From: a virus
Reading direction: 5' to 3' (one strand)
Virus record (IMG/VR): IMGVR_UViG_3300020203_000404
Coordinates: 1-64,000 of that record
Length of the DNA stretch: 64,000 nucleotides
The stretch's first letter is position 1; each line of letters opens with the position of its first letter. The notes below the pieces were generated by a model that ran no database searches, was not told where the DNA came from, and saw nothing but the letters and a program-made list of their open reading frames with translations. This document shows positions 46,623 through 56,187 of the stretch, piece by piece. The position numbers were made by a program, and so were the translations under genes.

Positions 46623-49600
46623 TGAGCAACAGACTAGAACTCGAAGCAATCTTAAAATTTGTTGGCGTTAAGATTAATGCCAATGTATTCAGTAACATTA
46701 GTCGTGCGGCTGCCGGTATGCCTGGGCCTGTACAGCAATTCAATCGTAACTTACATCAGAGCGTTGATGCCGCCAATAATGTTAATCGTTCTATTCGTGG
46801 CGTTAATTCTCAGTTGAGTGGTAGTGAAAAAGCGGCTCGTTTGTTCCTTCAGCGTATGGCTCAGTTTGCTATTCTGTTGCCGACGTTCGCCACTTTAAAT
46901 AAGAGTATTCAGGGTGGTGTGCAGTTCTTATTTGAATTTGATGCAATCATCAAGGATATCATTCGTACCGATATTGGTTCGATGACTGGTAAGTTTGATG
47001 AGATTGCTAAAAGTGCTTTTGCATTGTCTAAAGAATTTGGAAGTAGTGCGATTGTCGCGGCAGAAACAATCAAGACATATGTGCAGGCTGGTAATAGTCT
47101 AAAAGAAGCTAATGAGTTAGCTCGTTTGTCAATTCTTGCTACAAAAGCATCTACCCTAGACGCTGCTCAAGCTGTTGAGTTTTTACTTTCTGCTAGTAAG
47201 CAGTTCGGACTTGAGGGTGAAGCTCTCGCTAATTCTCTTGACGCTCTTGTAAAAGCGGAAGACTTGACCGCTCTTGAAGCTCGTGATATTGCCGACGCTT
47301 TTAAAACTGGCGGTAACTCTCTTGCTGTATTTGGCAAGGATATTAATGACTCAATCGGTTTGATTTCTGCTTTGCGTGAACAAACACGTAAGTCAGGTAA
47401 TGAAATTGGTACGTTCTTTAAGACGTTACAGACACGTATCTTTGCTGCTGGCGAATCACGTTCGGCAGTTGAAGGTCTTCGCGTCTCTGTTCAAAATTTT
47501 GATGGTACTCTACGTCCCACGCTTGCTGTTTTGAATGATTTGAAGAAGGCATTTTTTGGCGTAGAGGGCGGTGCCAAGGGATTATCTGAGGCAGAACAAG
47601 CTAATGCGGCTAAGGCTATTGCTGGCGTACGTCAGTTTGAAGAATTGATTGGTACTCTAAAGTCTCTTGATCGTGCTAATGAGATTGCTGCCGAATCGGC
47701 TAATGCGGCAGGTGCAGCACGTCAAAAGGAAGCGGTTGATGCAACCAAGCTTCAACGTCGCTTGGACGAATTGATTGCTGCTGGACAAGAATTGGCACAG
47801 TCTCTTGGTAATGCGGGTTCTACTGATTTTTTCAAGAATTCTTTAAAGGGCGTGACCAGCCTTGTGGAAGGTATAACCGAGATTGTTAATCTTCTTGATA
47901 AATTCAAAGTTCCCATCTTGCCGATTTTAGCTCCTCTTGCTATCAAAGGTCTTGATACCGTTTTTGGTCTTGGGTTGATGGGTGGTGGCAAGGGTGGCAA
48001 GGGTGGAAGTCCTGGTGGACGCGGAGGCGGAGGCGGAGGAGGTCCGCCTGGATTAAACACTGCTGATCTTGCTGCCAATACTGCTGCATTAAGGCAGTTA
48101 ACTGGCGTGATTTCAGAGCTTGTGCAACATATTAAAATGGCATCTGGTGCCTACAGCAATCAAGCAGCCGCATCGCAGTTGGCTATTGCGGCAACCAATG
48201 TACAAACAAAGACCATGGAGGTGCAAGCCGGAGTCACACGAGAAGCGACATCTGCTACGCAATCGTTTACGCAACGCATGAAGGCGGCTTTCACCACTCG
48301 GATTGGCGGCGGTACAGGCAGGAGCATTAGAGGTACTGATAGCGTCAAAAATTTTGCCATTTTTGCTGGGTTGACGATTGCCGGTTCGGCAGTTACGTCC
48401 GGTCTTAATCATCTTGCTGATAACCTTGGATCACGAAGTCCTGTTGCTTCGTCATTAACTAAAACAACAAGTGCTGCTGCACAAATGGGAATTCAATTTG
48501 CTGCCTTCGGACCACTAGCCGCTGGAGTTGCGGCTGCGTTTGGAGCACTTATTGACGTTGGATTGCGTTTTGCTGATAATATTGGAGATATGAACGACGC
48601 CTCTAAAGAGAACCTTCAGCTAAGGGTAGATAGTGTTAAAGAGACTGCTGGTCTCAAGACGGTTGGTAGATCTTCGGAAGCTACTGCCGCATTCGGCAAT
48701 GCATTGGAAGGTCGAGCTAAGCAAAACATTAACTACTCTCAAGCTTTCAAGTTAATATTTGATAGTATGGATACTGGTACAAAGAAGCTGATTGGTAGTT
48801 CGGCTGCACTTAAAGAAGTGTATTTGACGAATAGTCGTGTTATCAATACAACAGTAACAGATTCATTTACTGGTGCTTCAAAGGTCGTTTCAAGTTACGT
48901 TAAGGGTGCTGGTGCCGATCTAATTAAGCAGTGGGCTTTTCAAGAAAGCGGAGCTATTCAGAATCAAGAAGCTCTTGATCTATTGCGTGCATCGTATGAT
49001 TCAACTGGTAATAGTACATTAGTTTATCGTGATCAGCAAGACCTGATTGAACAAGCTTATGGTAGACTGGCCGTCGGTGCTGCTGAGGCCGCTAAGCAAG
49101 TTGAATTTTTAAGATTAACGTTTGAAGATATGAAGGATCTGCAAAGTCTTATCGCGTCTGCTCAAGACGTGAATTCTATTAATCGTGACATTTTGAATCA
49201 ATCAAAGAAGCCAGAAGACTTGGCACAGGGTATTGACGAACTATCTCAGACATCTAAAAACGCCACGTCAGATCTGGCCAATGCTCAAAAGGCTTTTGAA
49301 GATCTACTATCTACATTACAAGTTGCTGGTGCCGACATATCACAATTAGGTGCTTTTTCAAGCATGGAAGAGACCAAAAAGTTTATCGGTGACATTGGTG
49401 CATTACTTTCAAAGCCCAATAATGGTGCTGCAATCGCAAGTTTTCTTGGCGATAAAGACATGACGGACTCGCAGAAGAATTTTGCAAAAGAGTATATCAA
49501 TATTGAAAAAGATCGCATTAAGGCTACTTTGACAGCCAAAGAAGCTGAGGCTGCCTTTAGCAGCGAAGCATATAAGCGTAATCTAGAAGAGACAAGGGCT

Positions 49601-51997
49601 CAAAAAGAAGCCACCGTCCAGGCTGCCGATTCACTTGGCAAGTTCCGTTCGGCACTGGCTAGGGTAGGAGCCCAGGCCGCCGCCAGTGGTGATATTGATC
49701 TCACTGGAGCAATCTCAGGTCTCAAGAGTGAAGATGTGCGAAAGGCTTTGGCTGGCGGTACAGATCTTCCTAAGGTCTTGCAAGAAGTGATTGCGTCTAC
49801 TTTCGTGAATGGAGTAAAGAGAGCCGAAACAGATCTTTCACAGGTTGCCGATGAATTGGCGGCTTCACTTGCCCCCATTACAAATAGAATGCAAGAGCTT
49901 CGCGACGAAATAGCCGCTCTTGGAGACGTTACTGCGAACACAGAGAAGGCGTCTAAGAAGGCTGAACTACAGCAAGAGCTTGCCGCTAAGGCACTTGAAA
50001 AGCAAAATGTAAAGCAGGATGCCTTCGTAAAGAGTCTTGAAGGTTTGCAGAAGCTGACGACTGAAGATAAGAAGTCACAAGAAGAAGCTGCAAAAGCAGA
50101 GGCTGAACGTATCAAGAAGACTCAAGCTCTCACTGATACCACAAGAGGATTCGCCAACTCTATTGATGATGTTAACAGAAGCTTTGAAGAATTCTCGAAG
50201 CAACGCATCGACAATCTTGCAGGGAAGCAGGCCGGTGCCTATGATGAAGTGAAGTCCGCTCAACAGGGCGTCATCAGTGCTACGGCAGACTTGTCGAATG
50301 TATATGTCGAGTATATTTCAGCTATCATCCAAGTTAACGGCGTTATTGCCGAAGCTAAAATTAAGTCCAATCTACTTGGTCGCGACATTGGTATGCTGAA
50401 CGGCAGCATTGTTTCTTTTCAAGATAAGCTTGGTTCTCTCGATAACGCATTCACAAGCGTTCTCGACGATGCCAACATGAAACTAGAACAACGAATTGGT
50501 CTAGAGAGACAACTTGCAGAACAGACTCTATCGTTCTTGCAGCAAGCTCAAGATCAAATCACGAGTGCTGGTATCAACATCTTTGGACAATCAGCTCAAG
50601 AGAATCAGGGGCTCCAAAAGGGCATTGCGGGCTTGACCTATGTAGCTGAGAAGCTCGGCGGATCATTCCAGAACTTCCTGGGAATGGACTCACAGGAGAT
50701 TGCCGGTCTATCGCAAGAGCTACTCAACTTACCAGTTGATTTCCGCAAACAACTCCTTGACGCCCTATCATTCCTTCCAGGCTCTACCTCGATTGGTGGC
50801 TTTAGTGCCGATCAATTGAAGCAAGCTATTGGACAAGTTGGTGCGGGCGTAGCTCCAGAAGAAGGTTTACCAGCCATCTCTGAACTCACCGCTCAGCAAG
50901 TGGAGCAACTTAAGATCCTAGGACAGCTTACTATGGAAGAGGCTAAGCTGCAACTTAGTCAGGTCTTAACTGCACAGAAGCAGCTTGAAAAAGCTCAAGA
51001 GCAATTGGATATTTCCAAGCTTCAAGAAGAGCGTGCTCGTGAAGGATTTGAAATTGTACGTCTAGCGGTACTTGATGAAATGGCGGTTATAGACCAAGCC
51101 AATATAGAGCGTCGTGAACTATTGCAGAAGGTGATTGAAGCTGATAATGCTAATTCATTACACGGGATTGATACACAAGCTCAGTTGTTTGCTGATCAAA
51201 ACAGAGTTTTTGGTGAAGTTGGAGACGCTGTTGTTGCTGGTGTAGCACAAGCTGTTAATGCTAAAATTGCTATGATTGAAGCTAGAACATCGTTTGATAA
51301 CTTGAATCAAGCAGAGAACCTTAGTAATCAGGCTAATGGATTTATCCCGAATTTCGCTAATGGAAACTTGTCTCCTGGCGAAGCTGCCGGTATTTTGCGT
51401 GCAGCGGCTCGTGAAAAGAAGATGATGCCGAATGGTGCCAACTTGGCTATTGCCAATGACCACGAAGCTATTATTCCGATGTACAAAAACTTTGCTGGTG
51501 GTAACGATCAAGGTAGTTCAATTGCTGCTAGCGTCAATAGTATTCGTACAATTGATCAAACTATGGTTGCTGCGATTGCTCGTTCTGTTCAAGGTACACT
51601 TTCGCAAATTACAACAAACAGTGGTAGTGAGCAATCTCTTGACAAGATTGCCGGATTGTTAGTAGATCTCAATACAAGCATTGGACAAGTGCGTGATTCA
51701 AGTATTGCTATTAAGACGAACACGGCTGGTCTTGCTGCTACTACTGGTAGCAGAACGACTGGTGCTCCGTCTACTGCTGGTGGACAAGAAATCAACATCA
51801 ATCTACAGACAAATCAACAAAGCACTGTGCAAATTACTGGACTTGAGAACTTGCGTGATCAATTGAGAGCGGCATTGTCTGAGACAACAGATAGACAAGT
51901 TGCCAAGCAGATTGAAGCATTGATGGTACAACTTGACCCTGTGTTCCAAGCATTGAATGAACGTGGTATTGTCAACTCGTTCGGGCAGTCGAGATAA
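46622..51997 (+). CDS. tail tape measure protein
   Basis: 1791 aa, Ala-rich and helical, TP901-type N-terminal core, hydrophobic segments, GFIPNFA motif. Confidence 0.92.
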   Translation: MSNRLELEAILKFVGVKINANVFSNISRAAAGMPGPVQQFNRNLHQSVDAANNVNRSIRGVNSQLSGSEKAARLFLQRMAQFAILLPTFATLNKSIQGGVQFLFEFDAIIKDIIRTDIGSMTGKFDEIAKSAFALSKEFGSSAIVAAETIKTYVQAGNSLKEANELARLSILATKASTLDAAQAVEFLLSASKQFGLEGEALANSLDALVKAEDLTALEARDIADAFKTGGNSLAVFGKDINDSIGLISALREQTRKSGNEIGTFFKTLQTRIFAAGESRSAVEGLRVSVQNFDGTLRPTLAVLNDLKKAFFGVEGGAKGLSEAEQANAAKAIAGVRQFEELIGTLKSLDRANEIAAESANAAGAARQKEAVDATKLQRRLDELIAAGQELAQSLGNAGSTDFFKNSLKGVTSLVEGITEIVNLLDKFKVPILPILAPLAIKGLDTVFGLGLMGGGKGGKGGSPGGRGGGGGGGPPGLNTADLAANTAALRQLTGVISELVQHIKMASGAYSNQAAASQLAIAATNVQTKTMEVQAGVTREATSATQSFTQRMKAAFTTRIGGGTGRSIRGTDSVKNFAIFAGLTIAGSAVTSGLNHLADNLGSRSPVASSLTKTTSAAAQMGIQFAAFGPLAAGVAAAFGALIDVGLRFADNIGDMNDASKENLQLRVDSVKETAGLKTVGRSSEATAAFGNALEGRAKQNINYSQAFKLIFDSMDTGTKKLIGSSAALKEVYLTNSRVINTTVTDSFTGASKVVSSYVKGAGADLIKQWAFQESGAIQNQEALDLLRASYDSTGNSTLVYRDQQDLIEQAYGRLAVGAAEAAKQVEFLRLTFEDMKDLQSLIASAQDVNSINRDILNQSKKPEDLAQGIDELSQTSKNATSDLANAQKAFEDLLSTLQVAGADISQLGAFSSMEETKKFIGDIGALLSKPNNGAAIASFLGDKDMTDSQKNFAKEYINIEKDRIKATLTAKEAEAAFSSEAYKRNLEETRAQKEATVQAADSLGKFRSALARVGAQAAASGDIDLTGAISGLKSEDVRKALAGGTDLPKVLQEVIASTFVNGVKRAETDLSQVADELAASLAPITNRMQELRDEIAALGDVTANTEKASKKAELQQELAAKALEKQNVKQDAFVKSLEGLQKLTTEDKKSQEEAAKAEAERIKKTQALTDTTRGFANSIDDVNRSFEEFSKQRIDNLAGKQAGAYDEVKSAQQGVISATADLSNVYVEYISAIIQVNGVIAEAKIKSNLLGRDIGMLNGSIVSFQDKLGSLDNAFTSVLDDANMKLEQRIGLERQLAEQTLSFLQQAQDQITSAGINIFGQSAQENQGLQKGIAGLTYVAEKLGGSFQNFLGMDSQEIAGLSQELLNLPVDFRKQLLDALSFLPGSTSIGGFSADQLKQAIGQVGAGVAPEEGLPAISELTAQQVEQLKILGQLTMEEAKLQLSQVLTAQKQLEKAQEQLDISKLQEERAREGFEIVRLAVLDEMAVIDQANIERRELLQKVIEADNANSLHGIDTQAQLFADQNRVFGEVGDAVVAGVAQAVNAKIAMIEARTSFDNLNQAENLSNQANGFIPNFANGNLSPGEAAGILRAAAREKKMMPNGANLAIANDHEAIIPMYKNFAGGNDQGSSIAASVNSIRTIDQTMVAAIARSVQGTLSQITTNSGSEQSLDKIAGLLVDLNTSIGQVRDSSIAIKTNTAGLAATTGSRTTGAPSTAGGQEININLQTNQQSTVQITGLENLRDQLRAALSETTDRQVAKQIEALMVQLDPVFQALNERGIVNSFGQSR

Positions 51998-51999
51998 TC

Positions 52000-53517
52000 A
52001 TGGCCGACCTAATCTCTATCGTTACTCAACCACCGCAGTCAGCGGTTGAAGTCTTCTACAATGGACAGAAGATTGTACCCGCTCCGTTTATTGATTGGAC
52101 GGTCGAATCACAGTTCCGAAATGATGGAACTCGTGTATCCAATGTTAATAGATTGACGTTGACGGGCACCACGCTTATTGTACCTTCGGGTAGTTATGAG
52201 CAGATGTATCTTAAGCAGCAAGCATTACGCGATGTTTTCTCTGAGGATTATCAAGACTTCGTAATTCTTGCTGGCCCCGGCAATAAGACCTTGCCACTTG
52301 GAGCAATCATTGCTTCTGGTTTACGTCCTCGTATTAACAGTATCAATATCGCACCTGATACTCAAGTACAAAGATTTGACTGGACGATCGAGATGCAGGA
52401 TCTCGTTGCCGCTTCCGGTGTAAGTGGCATCACTTCTAGTCTTAGCAATCAGTGGTCTTTTCGTGAAGATCAAGATACATGCACTCTTCGTGTAACTCAC
52501 CAAGTAAATGCTGAGGGGCCTGAAAACGAACCAGATAAGTTTGCACAAGCTATGGCTGCCGTTAAGCCATTACTTGGTATTGACAAACTTCCTCTAGATA
52601 TTCCATACTTTGCTCAACCAAACTTCTCTGGTTTGTTTGGTATGACACATCCATCACTTCTTGGTGGTGGACCCGTTTTCGAGGTTTCTGTTCAGCGTGA
52701 AGAAGTGGCGGACATTGCCAATGGTAGCTATTCTGTTACCGAACAGTTCACAATTGTAAGTGGTGTACCATTTTACTTCACTTCTAAGACAGAATCTTTT
52801 CAAGAAGATGCTAATGGAATTGCCGAAGTAACGATCGCTGGTTCCGTACAGGGACTTGGACGCACTCTCACTCCTTTGGACGCAGAGGGTGGCGTAGGTT
52901 ACTTTAGAGCAGCATCTGGATTTGCTAATTATGTTCGTCCTCAACTTCCATGGACTGCCTCTGGCGTTTACATACGTTTCAAGAGCGGTAGTGGTGGTGC
53001 TGGCGGTAGCGGGCTTGCTCTCAATAACCCGACGGCGTTTTCGATCTCGCAGAATAAGTGTCGTGGGTCGATTGACTTCTCGATTACATACACTGATAAT
53101 CCAAACGCTAATTTGCCAAGTGGTATTGCTAGTAAGACATCAAATGTAAATATTGTTGAAGGTACAAGAGTGCAAGTTAGTCACTCTATTCCGTTTCGTC
53201 GTCTTGGTAGCATTATCCAAGACATCAAGACGACTACAGATGGCAGCATTAACATTCAGTGTCAGGCTGTTGCTAAAAATACTGGTAACAACACAATAGA
53301 CACTAATTTGGCAATTGCATTTGTGCAAAATGAAATCAATAGACTCAAAGACATTTATGCCAACACTGCGAATTTTGTTACGTTGCGAATTACGGGCCTA
53401 AATCAACAGACGAGCGACATTGAGCGTAGCTGCAATGTTACTCTTGAATACGCTTTTACGATTGATCTTGCGACAGTACAAGCGGTTGGATCTACAATCA
53501 CGCTAAGGACTTTGTGA
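52000..53517 (+). CDS. tail tip / distal tail protein
   Basis: Beta-rich; immediately after the tape measure gene. Confidence 0.55.
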   Translation: MADLISIVTQPPQSAVEVFYNGQKIVPAPFIDWTVESQFRNDGTRVSNVNRLTLTGTTLIVPSGSYEQMYLKQQALRDVFSEDYQDFVILAGPGNKTLPLGAIIASGLRPRINSINIAPDTQVQRFDWTIEMQDLVAASGVSGITSSLSNQWSFREDQDTCTLRVTHQVNAEGPENEPDKFAQAMAAVKPLLGIDKLPLDIPYFAQPNFSGLFGMTHPSLLGGGPVFEVSVQREEVADIANGSYSVTEQFTIVSGVPFYFTSKTESFQEDANGIAEVTIAGSVQGLGRTLTPLDAEGGVGYFRAASGFANYVRPQLPWTASGVYIRFKSGSGGAGGSGLALNNPTAFSISQNKCRGSIDFSITYTDNPNANLPSGIASKTSNVNIVEGTRVQVSHSIPFRRLGSIIQDIKTTTDGSINIQCQAVAKNTGNNTIDTNLAIAFVQNEINRLKDIYANTANFVTLRITGLNQQTSDIERSCNVTLEYAFTIDLATVQAVGSTITLRTL

Positions 53518-53518
53518 C

Positions 53519-54079
53519 ATGGTTAATTTCCCCGCCCTGGAATGGATTCAGCAAAGTCTCGTGATTGATCCTTCTGGCTTCCGTCAATTGAAGCAGCCAG
53601 TCAAGGGTTTTATTCGTAACGTAGATACCGGGGCTGGTGGCGTACTAGATTTCGGCAGCATTAATACAACGGGTTCTGGTGCGATTAGCAATACGCTACT
53701 CGTTTATCCTCGTATCTCATATATGGGTGATGCGAGTGGCGTTTACAACATGCGTTTCTTCTTGACTAACGCATCTGCATTCACTGCTGGTGCATACAGA
53801 TTCTTGGAACAGAAGAGTATGCATTTCGTGCCAAATCTTGCCCTGGATTCAAGTGCGAATAACACACCCAGTAATGTACCAACAAATACTAACTTATCGG
53901 GAACTATTCAGACGCCGAATTGGCAATCTGGTCAGCCATGGATGAGTGGTGTTTTGGACGCGGATGTAGGTCAGTATGTTTACTTGGCTGTAGAAGCCGG
54001 TGTCAGTGTACCGATTGGAACCAAGGGCGGTGCCGGTGCGGGCACATTTAGATACAGACTACTCTATGATTTCTCCTGA
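53519..54079 (+). CDS. virion structural protein
   Basis: Paralog of 54230-54871. Confidence 0.65.
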   Translation: MVNFPALEWIQQSLVIDPSGFRQLKQPVKGFIRNVDTGAGGVLDFGSINTTGSGAISNTLLVYPRISYMGDASGVYNMRFFLTNASAFTAGAYRFLEQKSMHFVPNLALDSSANNTPSNVPTNTNLSGTIQTPNWQSGQPWMSGVLDADVGQYVYLAVEAGVSVPIGTKGGAGAGTFRYRLLYDFS

Positions 54080-54251
54080 TCAAGATATCACACTCAAGAA
54101 GGTTGGCGAATCGGAAGACCAAGCTCTACCGATCGGTATCTATCTTGTTACATTTGGTGACAAGGCGGTGTTTGTGCGTCGCTTTGCTGGACGTTTTATG
54201 CCTGTGTCTACAAAGGAACAAGATGAGCTATGTCAACAATTTCGCCTCTAA
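54066..54251 (+). CDS. small hypothetical protein
   Basis: Fills the gap between the two paralogs. Confidence 0.5.
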   Translation: MISPDQDITLKKVGESEDQALPIGIYLVTFGDKAVFVRRFAGRFMPVSTKEQDELCQQFRL

Positions 54252-54871
54252 TCCGCGTCTTCGCTTGGGACGTTGCTGAGATAGCCAGTCCGGTCGGTAG
54301 TCGTACCGTGCCGGGCGGCTCATTTGCTTTCAAGCACATGGTCTCGTCTGGCTGCATGACGGCAGATCCATTGAATCCTGCAACGACATCTGGAGTGCTA
54401 CTTTTCGAGGGTACAAAGTTTGACCTTACGAATTTGCCGCCTCCACCGCATTTGGCTTCTAAGCCAGCTTGCTTAACTTTTAATCTTGCGAATAGTGGCG
54501 TTGCTGTATCCGACCTGAGTTTGTTCTTGATTAACGACTCCGCCCTAAGGGCGGGCGTTTGGAGCGGTGCTGGATCGGGTATTGTTCAAATAATGCAAGG
54601 TGGATCAAGCTGGCTATACAATCTGTCTATGCCGTCAGGCTCAAGTCCAGTCTTGACCACAAGCATTCCAAGCATTCCAAATGTACGTCGTCAAGACGGT
54701 ACAGCGGCACTCGCTGCACAGGACGATCTCAATTCGTCTGAGTTTGTATACCTAAACCTCATATTACCGATTGGCTTTCCACTTGGTAGCTTTGGAGTAT
54801 GTGGATCTGGCTTATTGAGATTCGGGTTAGTGTTTAATTATTGGCCTAATGACTACCTTCTATCTTTTTAG
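54230..54871 (+). CDS. virion structural protein
   Basis: FLxNxSA and (Y/F)VYL..PxG motifs shared with 53519-54079. Confidence 0.65.
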   Translation: MSTISPLIRVFAWDVAEIASPVGSRTVPGGSFAFKHMVSSGCMTADPLNPATTSGVLLFEGTKFDLTNLPPPPHLASKPACLTFNLANSGVAVSDLSLFLINDSALRAGVWSGAGSGIVQIMQGGSSWLYNLSMPSGSSPVLTTSIPSIPNVRRQDGTAALAAQDDLNSSEFVYLNLILPIGFPLGSFGVCGSGLLRFGLVFNYWPNDYLLSF

Positions 54872-54936
54872 TGTATTCCATAGTGGGTCAAGAGCCCACT
54901 AGTCAAACGTTTGATTTCTTAGAAGGGGGCCATAAC

Positions 54937-55122
54937 ATGGCAACTGTCAATTTTACAAGTAGCAAGAACAACGCTAACTTTGTGTCGTGGACACTCGGAA
55001 CGAAGTTAGAAAGGCTTTCTGATCGTGATGGCGTTACGGTAACCCGTGGCGGTCTGATCAGTGTTATCAGCAACCTCGGCGTCGGCGTCACTGCGGCCAA
55101 TCCTTTCACTATCCTTGGATGA
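54937..55122 (+). CDS. small protein with its own late motif and terminator
   Basis: AGGGGG SD; motif at 54868. Confidence 0.65.
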   Translation: MATVNFTSSKNNANFVSWTLGTKLERLSDRDGVTVTRGGLISVISNLGVGVTAANPFTILG

Positions 55123-55143
55123 GTGAAAATCGCTGACTGCCAA

Positions 55144-55178
55144 GGCAAAGCCCGCTTATGCGGGCTTTGTCGTTTTTT
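55144..55178 (+). terminator. intrinsic terminator
   Basis: ggcaaagcccgc-ttat-gcgggctttgtc followed by T6. Confidence 0.85.
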
Positions 55179-55218
55179 GCCAACTCTTCAGTAGTTACTA
55201 ATATAATTTCTATTTTCT

Positions 55219-55435
55219 GGTAAATCCATGATTTTACTTGCCAAAACGCCAAAACCATGTAAGCATAAAACAGCAAGGCTGTGATAACGCTAGGCGAAGC
55301 CGAGTGTGACCAGCTATATGAGCTAACATGTTGTCACGGCATCAGTAGCTAATATAGGCCAACTGATATTTTCCTCTTTTCAAGCCGCCTCCCGTGCTAA
55401 CGTTAGTTTGATCTAACATGGCTCTTGCGAGTGGA
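55219..55435. repeat. inverted copy of 22120-22340
   Basis: Reverse-complement match. Confidence 0.92.
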
Positions 55436-55722
55436 TCCTTGTTGATATCGCTTGAAAATGAAGAAAGATAGGGTGTTGCGAAGGCGGGCCAATGGCCACC
55501 GCCACCAGTTCTTCTTTTTCAAGTTTAGTGTATTCATGACATGGGGCATAGCGTTTCGCTTAGCCTTTGGTGTAAGGGGATATACAGTGACTAAGACATG
55601 TTGTAAGCTTAAAAAGGCTAAGATTGAGTTCTATGGCAATAGAACCAAGAGTGACGGCTTGTCAATGTCATGTAGCAAAATGCTACGTCAAGCATATACT
55701 GCTGATAAATTGGAGCAGCTAC

Positions 55723-56187
55723 ATGCCTACGGCGTCATTTGAATACGAAGGTGATGTTGGCACCTTAACAGTAGTCACGCACTTTGACGCTACGCACGTC
55801 ATTAGCTGCACCAAGCATGACGGCGAGCTTTTCCGTCTAGGCGGAACTGCCGTGAATGAAGTCGCGGTCCATGAAGGCGTCATCCTCAACATTACCCTTT
55901 CTACTTTTCGAGCGTTTGCATCTAACGGCCAGACCTTTGAAGGCCGTGGTGTACTATCTCCAGAAAACTGGAGCGATGCTGATCTGCACTGCTACGTGCA
56001 TGAACATTATCCGCTTGATATGGAAGGCAAAGAGCCTGAGTGGTTCGTTGCCAGCCGTCCACTTCAAAACGCCCATCACATTTTCGTGAACCTGGACGTG
56101 CTTGATGGTGGCGGAAATTTGATTAAGAGATATAGAATGTCTCCATTTACTGGAAAACATGTAGTATTGGAGTACGTCAATGGTTAA
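55723..56187 (+). CDS. hypothetical protein
   Basis: GGAG SD before ATG 55723. Confidence 0.65.
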   Translation: MPTASFEYEGDVGTLTVVTHFDATHVISCTKHDGELFRLGGTAVNEVAVHEGVILNITLSTFRAFASNGQTFEGRGVLSPENWSDADLHCYVHEHYPLDMEGKEPEWFVASRPLQNAHHIFVNLDVLDGGGNLIKRYRMSPFTGKHVVLEYVNG

